Assembly (NCBI RefSeq): GCF_006345805.1
Contig: NW_021833094.1
Span: 23,599 to 87,598, forward strand
Direction of reading: 5' to 3'
Origin: Octopus sinensis
Lineage: Eukaryota
DNA: 64,000 nt
Part shown: piece by piece, positions 1 through 13,710 of the stretch
Numbering within the stretch: the first letter of the stretch is position 1
How the letters are laid out: every line of letters starts with the position of its first letter
Made by a program: the position numbers and the translations under genes
Notes under the pieces: generated by a model
Databases searched by the model: none
Seen by the model: the letters and a program-made list of their open reading frames with translations, nothing else
What the model was told of the DNA's origin: nothing

Positions 1-448
1 TGTTTGTGTGTATGTGTGAGTGCGTAGGTGCGTGTGTGTGTGTGCGTGCGTTTATGTTTCTGCATTGTCCTGTGGGGAAAACATTTGCGTTTATAATGGG
101 TGCAAAACTGCGTGGGAAGCAAGATTTCTTTTGTCAATGTTAAATTTACTTTCGATTCTGACGTGTGTTAATATTTTAGAATCTCTGATGCGTGTATGTG
201 CGCGCACGTGTGCGCGTGTGCGCACGCATATGCGCATAGGTGTGTTTATATTACTAAAAAACCCGCAAACATTAACTGAGTGGAATGGAGGACTCCCGAC
301 AAATGAAATATCCGATATTCTGACATTTTTAATCATTCTAATGGCGGTATGTATGTAAACACACACAATCAGGCGCACACGCACACATACACACACACAC
401 ACTCGCACAGACACAGACACATATATGTGTATGCATATATATATTCTG

Positions 449-480
<32 letters not shown>

Positions 481-777
481 ATATATACATATACATACTT
501 ACACATATATATACATATCGGTATAATGTATATATATTATAAAATAAAATATATATATATATATATATATATATTCAAGACTGTATATGTACATGTGGGT
601 GGAGATACGCAGGTAGGTTGGTAGGTAGGTAGGTAGGTAGGTAGGTAGGTAGGTAGGTGGAGTAGGTAGGTAGGTAGGTAGGTATCCATATATTGTGTAC
701 GTATGTATGTATATATTTATACTATATAAATGTATATATACATGCGCAGGTATATATATAATCATTAATGTACATAC

Positions 778-959
778 CTACGTCAGTTGGTGAAAGCAAA
801 GTAAGTGGAGCATAAATACCACAACACAAAGCAGTGCACAAATGAATCGGAAATTGTATTCCAGCCTTTGCAGCCAATAACGCCGTCTCGGTATAAGCTA
901 TAAGAACAAACATTATCGATCTGTTATGGAGAGAGTAAGATAGATAAAAGCGATTAGGC
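778..959 (-). CDS. Candidate internal coding exon of an unidentified, possibly membrane, protein
   Basis: Minus strand shows acceptor tttatgtctcag|G at 960/959 and donor GTAG|gtatgt at 778/777 (alternative GAC|gtaggt at 782/781). The open frame reads PNRFYLSYSLHNRSIMFVLIAYTETALLAAKAGIQFPIHLCTALCCGIYAPLTLLSPTDV. It is a unique-sequence island between microsatellites. No family recognised. Confidence 0.45.
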
Positions 960-1943
960 CTGAGACATAAATTTATATGGATTACAAAATGCAGACTACA
1001 AAATATAGAAAAAAAAAACCACCTCGAAACAGCAGAAAAGGATTATGTAAAGTATTATCTCGACACCTATTTCAAGACGGCACTAACATCTGTGATAATT
1101 ATATTCATTAGTACTATGTGAAGGTGGTTGACATAGATCGGAGTCTTGTGACAGGTACCAAAGAAATTATTATTATAAGTTAGACCTCTCTTTTTAAGAG
1201 CAGAGTGGAAAATATGATTATGATGTAAGTTAAAGCCGTCTAGATACAGCTGTCGAGATAAGATTTTAAATAACCTTCCTCTCCGTGCTTTGATTTCTTT
1301 TTCTTTGTTCTATAACCTTTATTTTTTGATACATGTAAATATATACCTCAAGCCTAACTGTGATTATCAACCTTACTAACGATATATATATATAATCTAT
1401 GAACGGAAATGACATTGTTTGTATGTCAGTTTGTGAGTGGCGGGAAGAGAAAGAAAAAGAGAATAAGAGAAAGCCAATGCTGATATAAAAGGTGGGTTGT
1501 GAAAATAAACACTGCAACACGTTTTGAATATGGCATCGTTTAGCAGGAAAATATTAAAGAAACTTATTTGCAAAAAACTGATGAAGTTAAAAATCAAAAA
1601 ATAATATACAGTAAGGAAGTAAGCAAATATAGATTTATCTCAATACAAAATCAACAAATACAGTAAAGAAAGTAATGGACACATATATATTTAACTAAAT
1701 ATTTACAATATATAATTAACAATATACAAAAGTAATTATTTCTTTACATAGACAAGTCATGACATTCGGTAATTTTTCAAAGGAAGATTGAACTAAATTT
1801 TTGTTAAAAAAAACGATCGATATGTTTCAGTATATATTCACATACACACACGCACTCATACGCACAAACACCAACACATACACTAAAATCAACACACAGA
1901 CACATGAGCAGATAGACACGCTAACATATATGTGTGTATACTT

Positions 1944-1999
<56 letters not shown>

Positions 2000-2677
2000 A
2001 GAGTTTACGAAAAACATATATATCTATGCATATGTCTGTATATATATACCACACAACACATATATATATATAATACATATACACATGTATGTATAGATAT
2101 GCATACATATATATACATGTGTATATATATATATTTATACATATATACATATACAAATATGATATATATATATATATATATGTATACATATATATATATA
2201 TATATATAAACATTTACACAAATATATATATATATACATTTATACAAATATATATATATACATGTATGTATGTATGTATGTATGTATGTATGTATGTATG
2301 TATCTGTGTATATATACATAGATATTGTATGTATTTTCATGTAGCTCTTTATATTTGCATATATTATCTTATGTCAGCTAAATTTTTTTTTATTCATAAT
2401 TAAGCAACAATAACACTCTCAGCTAAAATACACATCAAAGATGAAAGTAATATTTCCAATTTAATTTCATTAAAACAGAAATAGAATAACATATACACAT
2501 GCATACAGACAGACACTCATATATATGTATATATATTTTTTCTTATACGTTACAGCCTTTGGGCAGCGGCAATACTGGGGTACCGCCAGTCAGACAGCGA
2601 CCACGCTATCTATACGTAGGTGTGTATAATCTATATGCCTATGTATCTGTATATATATATATAGATATTATTTATAT

Positions 2678-2768
<91 letters not shown>

Positions 2769-2855
2769 TCCCTTACTTAGCGGTCATTTGAATAGCTCTT
2801 TTGTCTTAATAACGGTCAATCACACAGTAATTTCCCTTCGAATAACGGTCATTTT

Positions 2856-3017
2856 GTGTGTGTGTGTTTATTGAGCGAAAACACCTAAAGCTCCACGACG
2901 TTCTGGCAGTGGGTGGTATCCCTGCTGTATTATTTCTCTCATTCTTTCGTCTGTTGGCCTGCTCGCATTGGACAAGCGATGTATAGCAACAACTGATGGT
3001 CTGGTCGGTCACGTGAT

Positions 3018-3025
<8 letters not shown>
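2856..3025 (+). mobile_element. SINE family C, 5'-truncated, tail type 3
   Basis: tgtgtttattgagcgaaaacacctaaagctccacga matches the family C body at 18610 and 19022. It continues into a different tail ending ggtcggtcacgtgatcacgtgat. Confidence 0.7.
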
Positions 3026-3058
<33 letters not shown>

Positions 3059-3059
3059 T

Positions 3060-3090
<31 letters not shown>

Positions 3091-3108
3091 GAGAGAGAGA
3101 GAGGAGAG

Positions 3109-3657
3109 ACAGGCCCAAACGAGATGTTTTACAGTGATCATATAGGCACTTTAATTCCCTTTTATAACATTTTATTACATTTAAATTTCCATCTTACAAT
3201 CATATTGTTGATGCACATCTTAAACAGACAATGTTTAACCTCTCAGATGCTCAAAATGTCAAATCTTCAACATTAAAACATTCTTGAAACTTCTTCAGAA
3301 AACTCTGACACACAGTGCAGCACAAATTCCAGTCTCCATCAATTCCAGTGAATGTGTCAGAAATGTAATATTTTAATTCATTTACCGTTGTGGGATTTTT
3401 CTCATAAACCTTGTTCTTTACAGCACGCCAAAAGACGAAATCCATTGATGTCAGGTGGCGTGAACATGGTGGTCATTCGATGCTGCCCCTTCTTCCAAAC
3501 CAACGTTTGTGGAAAGGTTTGGTGAAGGTAGTCTCTTAATTTCAACGCATATCGTGGAGGGGCTCCATCTTCCTGAAGGAACAGTTTTAAATTGTTAATA
3601 TATGTATGGGAAAGAGAGAATTGAATAATTGTAAACCTACTTTTGGGCCACTTTGTA
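3109..3657 (-). mobile_element. Degenerate, internally deleted Tc1/mariner element (maT/rosa-like transposase C-terminus)
   Basis: Minus translation gives FLQEDGAPPRY...E*PPCSRHLTSMDFVFWRAVKNKVYEKNPTTVNELK...FEHL, matching FQQDGAPPH / WPPRSPDLTPLDFFLWG motifs with a stop and frameshifts. A TIR-like tacaaagtggcccaaaagtaggtttaca next to TA lies at 3630-3657, with a decayed partner near 3109-3140. Confidence 0.85.
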
Positions 3658-3831
3658 TACACACACACACACACGCACGCACACACACCTATATATATTC
3701 ATGTGTGTGCGTATATATATATACATGGGCCACCATGTATACACACACACAGACACACACATATACACACACATATACACACACACATATATATACATAT
3801 TTATATATATTTGCATGTATATATGTATGCA

Positions 3832-4024
3832 TGTGTCTGTGTTCGTCCTCATATCAACGCTTGACAACCAATGCTCGTGTGTTTACATCCCCGTAGCTTA
3901 GCGAGACGGCAAAAGACAACGATGGAATAGGTACTAGGCTTACAAAAGTAAGACCTGGTGTCGATTTGTTCGACTGACGGCGATACTCCAGCATGGCCGC
4001 AGTGAAATGACTCAGTAAAAGAAT
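3832..4024 (+). mobile_element. SINE family A, 3' half
   Basis: Matches the tail of full copies (cgcttgacaacc...ccagcatggccgcagt...agtaaaagaa). Confidence 0.85.
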
Positions 4025-4069
4025 ATATATATATATTATGTGTGTGTGTGTATGTATGTATGTATGTAT

Positions 4070-4252
4070 ATAGGGAGAATTCACGAAAAAAACAAAGGAC
4101 GAAGACAGGTGGTGTAGAAGACAAACAGATGTATTAGTATGACGCTCAGGAATAGAAAAAGTCTTTTACGTTTCGAGCCTACGCTCTTTTACAGAAAGGG
4201 ACACAGAAAGAAACAAGGAGAGAAAAAATGTGTGTAGTGGCTACCGATCATT
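4070..4252 (-). mobile_element. ~190-bp dispersed element carrying a hammerhead-like motif (Penelope-like fragment), copy 1
   Basis: Closely similar to 51462-51655 (gggagaattcacgaaaaa...gtagtggctaccgatc). A short stub of the same start is at ~1997-2016. Confidence 0.75.
4163..4198 (-). ncRNA. Degenerate minimal type-I hammerhead ribozyme motif
   Basis: Minus strand reads cttt CTGTAAA A GAGC gtag GCTC GAAA C GTA aaag. The stems and GAAAC-GTA are intact, but the CUGANGA core is mutated. Confidence 0.6.
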
Positions 4253-4253
4253 C

Positions 4254-4288
<35 letters not shown>

Positions 4289-6154
4289 TGTATGTATGTA
4301 TGTATGTATGTATGTATTTATGTATACGTATATACGTATATATATGTCTGCCCTAAATGAATCAATAACAGCTACTGCAAACTTATGAGGAAATTACTAG
4401 TGGATGACCGAATCGAACTATGCTGTATGTATGTATATATATATATAATTATGAAAGAGACCAAAGTGTACGTACGCTGCTATATGTTTTATATATAAAA
4501 AATACAAGAACGCAAGAACGGACAAGAACGCAAAACATACAGACATATATGTATGTATGTATATATATATATATAAACGGGGGGGGGTCACGTAACGCCG
4601 CGATAATATAAGAATAAATGTTTTTATATATAAAGAACGTGAAATACAGGAAGGGACGAACACGGAACACAGACAAATCATTCGAAGCCTTCAATCTTCA
4701 GTCAGACACCGAATCATCATAGCAAATTTCGGCTGTTCAATTCTGATATTTGCTCCAACTCGGCCAGCCCCAAGAAAAAAGTGTGTGTGTGTGTGTGTGT
4801 ATAAATGAATAAATATACATTAAGTACAGGACATCACCAACGAGCGAAAAATATGTAAACGTATGTATAACCTCTATTTAACGCCGTATAAGTCGTACTT
4901 TCGCATAAAACTTAACCCCATTTTACACGTATAATGGTATATTTTATCACTCTCTTATTGAAAAATATTTGGAAGCGAAAGATATTTGCAGGCGAAAATA
5001 AACGATTGTGTTGAAGTAAATACAAATTCTGACGCTACACAGGAATCAAGAACGAATACAATAAATGTATCATAAACTAGGAAATTACGTTAGACTCTTG
5101 ACGTATATGAGTTTCACTTTCGTTCAGATTGTCAGCAGAGTTATAACTGTGGCCAAGAGAATTGACATCCAGGATGTCAACATATTTTCATAATGACGTT
5201 TTGTAATTGCTGCAACCGGCTGCCATGATGATTCACAACCTCTATTAGTGTTCTTGGCATCCACTCATCACAAATAGCTGATTAGAAGATGAAATATTAA
5301 CATTACTTTCATGTTTCTAGAAGTATCTTCAGTTAGATAATTAAAAACTGTTTCTTAAAGGTAACACAATCATTAAACGACGTGAGTTACCGTTAACAGA
5401 TTATGATATTTTGGCTTGTTTTAATATATTATGATTAGCAACGTTTAAGATACCAAACGGATTTATACTTATCCAGCTACCGAGAATAAAAACGCACATC
5501 CTCATCCCGGAATGCAGCATCTTTAGGCGCAAAAGGGCATTTTTTTCTTTGTTTTATATTTGAAAATGATAAAAGGTATCTTACACGTCGACAAGTACGG
5601 ATATATAATGTGCGTGCGTGTGTGTATACATATGTAAGATATAAACAAGCACGCACATGTATATGTATATACATAAATACATACACAATATAAACAAACA
5701 AGCACATGTATATGTATATACATAAATACATACACATACATATATATACATAAATATATACACACTCCCACACAGAGTGTATATATATGTCATGTTATTA
5801 AGCGAATCATCATTGCTAATGCAAAGAAAATGTATTTCCATTTAAGAAACAATAAACAAAGAAAGAAAAACAAATATACAAGAAATAAACATTCAAATAA
5901 ATAAACAATATTCTCAATAAATAAACAATAATGTCAATAAATAAATAAAATAGATAAATAAATAAATAATGGTGAATCTACTCACCAGCAAAAGAGAAAA
6001 AGAGAGAGAGAGAGTTATTGATTTTTGCACTTAAAAAACTCATTTCTGGAAACATTTCAAGTCATTCATAATTGAGGGATTAAATTGAATTTCAAAATAG
6101 CCTGAAATGATATATTTAAGTACTAAACGTGTTTGTCTGATACTACATATGTGA

Positions 6155-6212
<58 letters not shown>

Positions 6213-6434
6213 TATATATATATTATACACATATATAGGATATATATATATGTATATGTGTATATACATATACCATATATATTCATATGAAGTTTGTATA
6301 AATAATATATATACACCATACATATATATATATATAAGTATGTATATATACATATATAAGTATATATACAGACGCATTGCTACAAGTGCATATATACGTG
6401 TATATGCCTATATGTGTGTGTATATATATATTGT

Positions 6435-6471
<37 letters not shown>

Positions 6472-6543
6472 ATACGTATGTGTATATATGTGTGCGTTTG
6501 TCGGTATGTTTGTATGTATATATATATATATATATATACATAC

Positions 6544-6576
<33 letters not shown>

Positions 6577-7213
6577 TGTATGTATGTATGTAGACATTGC
6601 GAGAGCTGTGATTTGAATGAAAATTTCAATGACATTAGCAAAACAATGATATAGCGTGTAATATCATGATTTATTTCAGATATTTGTTATGACTTCTATT
6701 ATACTTTAGAAAAGTTTTAGTCAAATGGGTTCTGCCATACTGGAGTACCAAGGTCAAGTTTATTATTATACGTTCATGTATTTTTATTTATTTCATTTTA
6801 TTTTATTTTATTTTTATAATTTATACTTCGTCTTTCAATTTTATTTCATTGACGCACGGCAATTTTTATTTTATTTTTTACTAATTTTATATCCAGCGAA
6901 GACTGTTTGATGATTATTGTTCGATTCTCCGAGTTTCGAACTGCGTACTGCGTTCTCTTCTCTAGAGATCCTGCTGGGATGGAAGTTCCATGCTGGTTGA
7001 CCACATATTACATGTTCGCGGTGGATTAGGAAGTATCTCGAAGAGATATGGATTGATAAGGGGGGGATCTTCAGACGAAGTATCTGAAGGAGATGTCGAC
7101 TGGTAAAGGAGAATTTTCGTGGGGTTTGCTGGAGCCCACAAGCAAATATTGACAAACGGTGACTGCAATGAGGTGCAACAGTGATGTAAGTGTACATATT
7201 TAGGACATTTAAG

Positions 7214-7237
7214 GTCTAACAGCTGTTTCCAGGATAT
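7214..7237 (-). ncRNA. 3' half of a hammerhead motif (same family as 40297)
   Basis: Minus strand reads atatcctg GAAAC agct GTT agac, followed by the aaatgtccta segment shared with the 40297 copy. The CUGAUGA half is absent. Confidence 0.45.
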
Positions 7238-7620
7238 TTATTAACATCTGTTGTTAAGCGATGGTGGGTGACTGAGACATACACACATAAATATACATAC
7301 ACATACACACGTATGTATATGTATACATATATATATATATATATATATATATTATACAGTGTACATTTAAACTCATAAGAGGTAGCCACTATTCCTTCTA
7401 ACGTGCCAGGTATCCTATGACGGTTACCTCTTATGTGTTTAAATGTACACTGCATTTATATGATATATAATACGTTGCCTATTGACAGATTTTTCTACAC
7501 ACTAGGCTACTGGAAGTAAAAACATTCTAAAACTTTTTCTGATATTAGTAATATATATATTATTATCATTATTATTATTAATATATATATATAACGTGTG
7601 TGTGTATGTGTGTGTGTGTG

Positions 7621-7782
7621 TACGACGGGTTTCTTCCAGTCACCATCTCCCAAATCTACTCACAAGGTTTAGGTCAGCCCGAGGTTATAGTAGAAAACAC
7701 TTGATCAAGTTGTCTCGTAGTGTGACTGAACCCAATACCATGTACTTAAGGAGAATGCTTCTTATAACACAGCCACGCCAGC
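7621..7782 (-). mobile_element. SINE family A head, degenerate
   Basis: Reverse complement of the tRNA-like head plus the ccttgggcaagtgtcttctactatagcctcggg segment. Confidence 0.75.
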
Positions 7783-8063
7783 AAATAAATACACCGAAAC
7801 ACATAATTATATCATTACTGATATTTAAATTTATTCTACACTTTTATTGTAACTTAATAGGCAATATTTCGAGTGAAAAAGACTAAATTCCAATGCCAGA
7901 AAAAGGAGACGGAGCTGAACTTCAGTCGTCTGCACAAGCGCAGGCGTAAAACATTGTTAAGGATCTACGCACAAAAAACAGCTACCACTAGATTTTATGA
8001 ATGTGCGTTACTTACATACATTATATTATATTATATATATATATATGTAAAGATGATATATTG

Positions 8064-8103
<40 letters not shown>

Positions 8104-8612
8104 ATGTGTATATATTCACTACCGGTGCGCACGTAAACAAAGTATTAAAAGTGGACAGGAACCTCCCCTTCTTTCCGAGAGAATGGTTCCAATGTTTGTA
8201 AAAAAACAACAACAACACGAAGAAAAAAACGGCAACAATTATTTCAGTGGAAATCCAACATACATATATGCACATCCGTATCGGATATGTATATGTATGT
8301 AAACAAGTATGCATGTATCTATGTTTATATATATGTGTGTGTGTGACTGTGTGTGTGACTGTGTTTGTGTGCGTATGTGTATCTATATGTGTATGTGTAT
8401 ATAATATATATATATATATATATGCGTATATGTATATGAATACATATTTGTATACGTATATACATGAATATATACGTATGTAGATATATGCACACATATG
8501 TATATATATATATGCATGTATCTATGTCTATATATATACATATATATATATATATATACATATATATAGTTGTATATAAACTTAAAACTTGTTGAGTGAC
8601 AAGATCGATAGT

Positions 8613-8700
<88 letters not shown>

Positions 8701-8801
8701 CTGATAGAATGATAGATAGTTGGATAGATATACAGAAAGAGAGAGTGGGAGTGAGAGTGTATACACTCACACACACACTCTCATATATATATATATGTAT
8801 G

Positions 8802-8843
<42 letters not shown>

Positions 8844-8928
8844 TATATACATATATATACTATATATATATATATATGTATATAGATATATACATCTATA
8901 CATATAGATACATATACACACACACATT

Positions 8929-8980
<52 letters not shown>

Positions 8981-9533
8981 CATATATACATATATATATA
9001 CATATGTACACATGGTGCCTACATCCATACATACATATTTCCAGGGGATTTATTCTAATGCAATCAGAGATTTGGTTTTCTGATAAAATTGTTTCGTATC
9101 ATGTTTCGATATTGCTTTCGTTCCGCTACACTGGATATATATATTTTCTTCTTCTATACCCATATATACAACAGTCGTGTATATGTACGCCTGCGTTTAT
9201 CTATGTGAGTGTATGATGATTAAGTGTATATATGTGTATGTATTTAATAAATATTATATAACTAAAAGAGAGTATAAAGAAAAAAAACCTTAAGCATCGT
9301 AATCTGCACATAGATAAATATGCGCGCATAAACATATACACATCACTGTATATACATAACCTGACATACACAAGTATACACACACAAACATACATACTTA
9401 TATACCACACATAAATACATACATGCATAACATAGGTACGTATATACATACATAAACATTTTCTGCAGTGAGTCCATAATAGCTATTGACATTTTGTCAT
9501 TGATAACCGGCTTGCATGCATATATATATATAA

Positions 9534-9624
<91 letters not shown>

Positions 9625-9684
9625 TGATATATTTATATATATATATATATATATATCTAATACACACTGAATATTATATATATA

Positions 9685-9726
<42 letters not shown>

Positions 9727-9994
9727 AAACAATATTATATATGTATATGCGTGTCTAAATATACTTGTGTGCTTACATTTGTATGTACGGGTATTCCTAT
9801 ATACATGTATATATGATATACGTCTGTATTTATGGATATATAATTATTTCATATACGAACAGCCGCCGTCTCGTTAAACAATAGTGTATTCATGGACCTA
9901 CAAAATGAAATGTTTACTTGTATATTCCGATAAACACATTGGCACTCACACGTACACACACACACATAATTAGAGATACATACATAGATAGATA

Positions 9995-10420
9995 GGCGCA
10001 GGAGTGGATGTATGGTGAGTAGCTTGCTTCCCAACCACATGGTTCCGGGTTCACTCCCATGCGTGACACCTTGGTCAAGTATCTTCTACTATAGCCTGGA
10101 GCCAACCAAAGCCTTGTGAGTGGGTTTGGTAGACGAGAACGAAAAGAAGCCCACCGTATATATGTGTATGTATGTGTGTGTTTGTGTGTGTATGTGTGTG
10201 TGTGCCTGTTTGTGTATCTGAGTTTGTCCCCACCAACATAGCATGACAACCGATGCAGGTGTGTTTACGTCCGCGTAATATAGCGGTTCGGCAAAAGGCA
10301 CCGATAGAATAAGTACTAGGCATACAAAGAATAAATCCCGCGGTCGGTTTGTTCGACTACGGACGGTGCTCCAGCATGGCCTCAGTCAAATGACTGAAAC
10401 AAGTAAAAGAATAAAAGAAA
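9995..10420 (+). mobile_element. SINE family A, full length (tRNA-derived head, CORE-like segment, central microsatellite, unique tail)
   Basis: Starts ggcgcaggagtgg; B-box-like ggttcactccc; central (TG)n/(TA)n; ends aagtaaaagaataaaagaa. Confidence 0.9.
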
Positions 10421-10886
10421 TTATATACACACGCGCATATTTTTATATGTATGTGTATATGATGGTATACACTTCCATAATGTGAAATATAGACAGATGA
10501 TATTTCCAAAATTGACAGACATAGAAAAGTGAAACAATGGCAGATGGAACGTTACGGTAACACTGAGAACAGAAAAGAATGAGACGGATGGCCAAAAGAG
10601 ACACAAAGCAGGGAACTGGAGAAGAATGGTGTAGAATACAATTGGCAAATGTTTAACTGACAACTGTAAATATGACAAGAGCAGACAAAAGGGATATATT
10701 AAAACTGAGACAGGAATAGATTTTACTTAAATATCTTCCAAGTATACGCAGTCATGTTCTACCGTTTTCTTTTTAACTGTAGAGTAAATGGAACGCCAAA
10801 ACGAAAGACAGTGCAGAAACAGAACTAGCAAGGGAGGAGAATGTAAGTCAAGAATTATAGACTTACCAAATGCTTACCGTTATGGT

Positions 10887-11036
10887 AAAGATTGTTTGCC
10901 AACATAACATGGCAATCCTGGTTTAAGACTAATGTTGCTGTAATTTAGCCCCAGGGGACATCGTCTCCAGCAGGCTAGATTACAGCAACATTTGTCCTAA
11001 ACCAGGACTGCCATTTTATGTTGGCAAACAATCTTT
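10887..11036. repeat. Long inverted repeat, MITE-like hairpin (64-bp arms, 22-nt spacer)
   Basis: The left arm aaagattgtttgccaacataacatggcaatcctggtttaagactaatgttgctgtaatttagcc pairs with 10973-11036 with about five mismatches. Confidence 0.85.
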
Positions 11037-11429
11037 TCTACAAAGTACTGTTGCTGCATAACTCAAAGAAATAGTAATTTGCTTACCATTAGTCTAAATG
11101 GAAACTGAAGAAATGGATACTGTATTTCCGGCATACAATTCGACCTATTATATAGTGCGAACACTGAAACATCGTAACTATCTTTCGAATTCCTGCTGCA
11201 TTTCGCATCGAACTTTTGATCTTCCAAAATCGTCCTTGTGTTTAAGTCGACCCACTTTCTTGTTTGTTTTTTTCTGTAAATTTTGCCTTGAAAAATTTGA
11301 CTGATATGTCTAAATCGTTCTAACTTTCTAGAAGGAGAATCTACTCTGGGAAAAAACAAAATGGTACAAAAATATTCAAGGGAAGCTGTTGATCAGTTGT
11401 GCATTGATTGTATGATACTTAATGAAGGA

Positions 11430-11720
11430 TGAATAACAAAAAAGAATGAATCTGTTAGATGTTTGTCTGGATAGACTATAAAATGAGACAATATTACATT
11501 AATGAACGAAACACGCAACAGGGCGTAAGAATAGTTAGAAATAGAAGGAAATTAAAAGGATAAGAAAAAACGACAAAGGGATTGAAAAAATATAATGTGA
11601 ACCATAGGCATTTGGTGTAAGTGTCTGAGACATAGACTAGAATGAAATAATTGCAAGCAAAAATTCAAACAAGAAGCAGACGATATGTACTAGACAACGT
11701 AAATGTAGACATCTTGGTAA
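11430..11720 (+). pseudogene. Possible highly decayed RTE-type LINE C-terminal fragment
   Basis: Only a faint echo of the DRVRNE / GHLVRM pattern (gatagactataaaatgagacaata; ggcatttggtgta), with many stops. Confidence 0.25.
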
Positions 11721-12369
11721 GTTCTTACGTAGAAGAGGGTGAAACAAATTAACATTTCTTTGTTTATTTTAACATCTAACATTTGTTTTGTTATTGTAGC
11801 TCATATTTCCACCATTTTTTTTGTTTTCTTGTGTGTGTGTGTGTGTGTTTCTTTCTTAACTTCAAGTCTATTATTCATTGTTATTTCAACCGTGTTTATT
11901 CCTTCTTGATGTTGTTTGTTTATTTTTCTGAGTACACAGCAACAACAACAACAACAACAACAACAACAAAACAAACCACAACAACAACAACAATTATAGA
12001 AAACGTATGAACAAAACACTAATTCCAAAATAGACTTTCTACTTTCACTTTCTAATTGCATTAAATTAACTTGAGTTGTATGAAAATTTTCGATTGTTTA
12101 GTTTTTTAAGTTTTGTTGATGTTTGGTATTGGATGTTGTTGTTGCTGTTGTTGTTGTTGTTGTTTAAGTTTATGACGCGTGTATTTGTTGTGTTTATTTG
12201 TTTATGCGGCAGGTGACGAGGAGGTCGAAGGTTGGTGTGATTATTGAAGTTGTTCCTTCTTTGAAAACATTATGTTTTTTGGCGATTGTTCGTAATTAAG
12301 ACCAACGTTTTAACGCGTTTGCTTGTTTCTGTGCTTGTAAAGTTTTTCCCTCTCGATAGCCTTGCTATT

Positions 12370-12404
<35 letters not shown>

Positions 12405-12815
12405 CAGTAGTGCTGCTGTGCAGCTGCTGGTGGTGTTTTTGCTTTTGGTGGCAGTGATGCTGGGGTTGCTGGTGATGATGATGATGTCAAAAATTGCAGC
12501 GGTTCAGTTATTGTTGTCGGTAATGATGGCTTTGTTGTTGCTGCTGTTGTTGTTGCTGCTGTTATTGTTGTTGTTTGGTGGTGGTGGTTCCGTTATTACA
12601 GTTCTTGTTTCTGGTGTTTGTTATCGGCGGTGGTGGCGCTGCTGGTGTAGGTGGTAATGATGGCGCTAAGTGTGGTAGAGATGGTGATGGAATTGTTGCC
12701 ATTTTGTGTTTTTTTTTTGGTCCTGTTTCTTTATAATATTGCTTCTTGGAACTGTAAACCTCATAATCTATAGAACCGAGAGATTGGAAAGTAATTTCTT
12801 CTCTTTTCTTTTTCG

Positions 12816-12883
<68 letters not shown>

Positions 12884-13086
12884 TGTGTTGTTGTTGTTGT
12901 TGTTGTTGTATCATTATTATTGTTTATTATTAGTGTTTCTAACCGCGTTATTATTATTATTATTGTTTATTATTATTATTACAATTATTATTATTATTAT
13001 TATTATTATATATTATTAGGTTTCTACGTTAATCTTATTATTATTATTATTATCATTATTATTATTATTATTAGTGTTTCTACCGC

Positions 13087-13142
<56 letters not shown>

Positions 13143-13173
13143 TATTATTATTATTATTATTAGTGTTTCTACC

Positions 13174-13208
<35 letters not shown>

Positions 13209-13710
13209 CATTGTTGTTGTTGTTGTTATCATTATTATTATCGTTATTATCATTATTATTATTATTATCATTATCTTTTGGCAGTTTGGTAACCAGTTTG
13301 TTTGTATTTCTTCATATATAGTCTGTCCTTCTCATTAACGTGTTCTGCTAATGCCCCTCATTAATATTTCATTTCATTACAGATTTCTTATTCTGCAGAC
13401 ACAGATATTTAGCTGGAATGGTAAAATAGTTCTCTGCGACAATTTCTGTCTTTCAAAAGAAACATGAAAAGTGAAAGAAGAAAAAAAACATAACCAAGTC
13501 AGCAACAACAACAACAACATCAAAAGAGGAAATTCATTAGCTGAAGTGATATAAATTAATTTACACCAGACATCAAAACTGGATCGAATCAATAAGGGAA
13601 GATGTTTTTTACGTGGATGATCGACCTACAAGAAATAGCAGCCAACTTGCTAAACATTCGTTGACGTTCTGACGTGAAGTCTCGTTCGATAATGGGGCTG
13701 GTTTTAGATA

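Noticed and set aside
4660-4780. Possible hammerhead on the minus strand (ctgaagattgaaggcttcgaatgatttgtc)
   Set aside because: CTGAAGA is present, but stem II cannot be drawn convincingly, GAAA is broken and there is no clear stem I.
11063-11359. 98-aa minus ORF with a strong donor (ATG|gtaagc) near 11085
   Set aside because: No recognisable homology and an ambiguous acceptor. It cannot be told from chance without RNA data.
13383-13420. Possible short plus-strand exon (cattacag|...ATG|gtaaaa)
   Set aside because: Only 38 nt with a weak donor, and on the opposite strand to the better candidate at 778-959.
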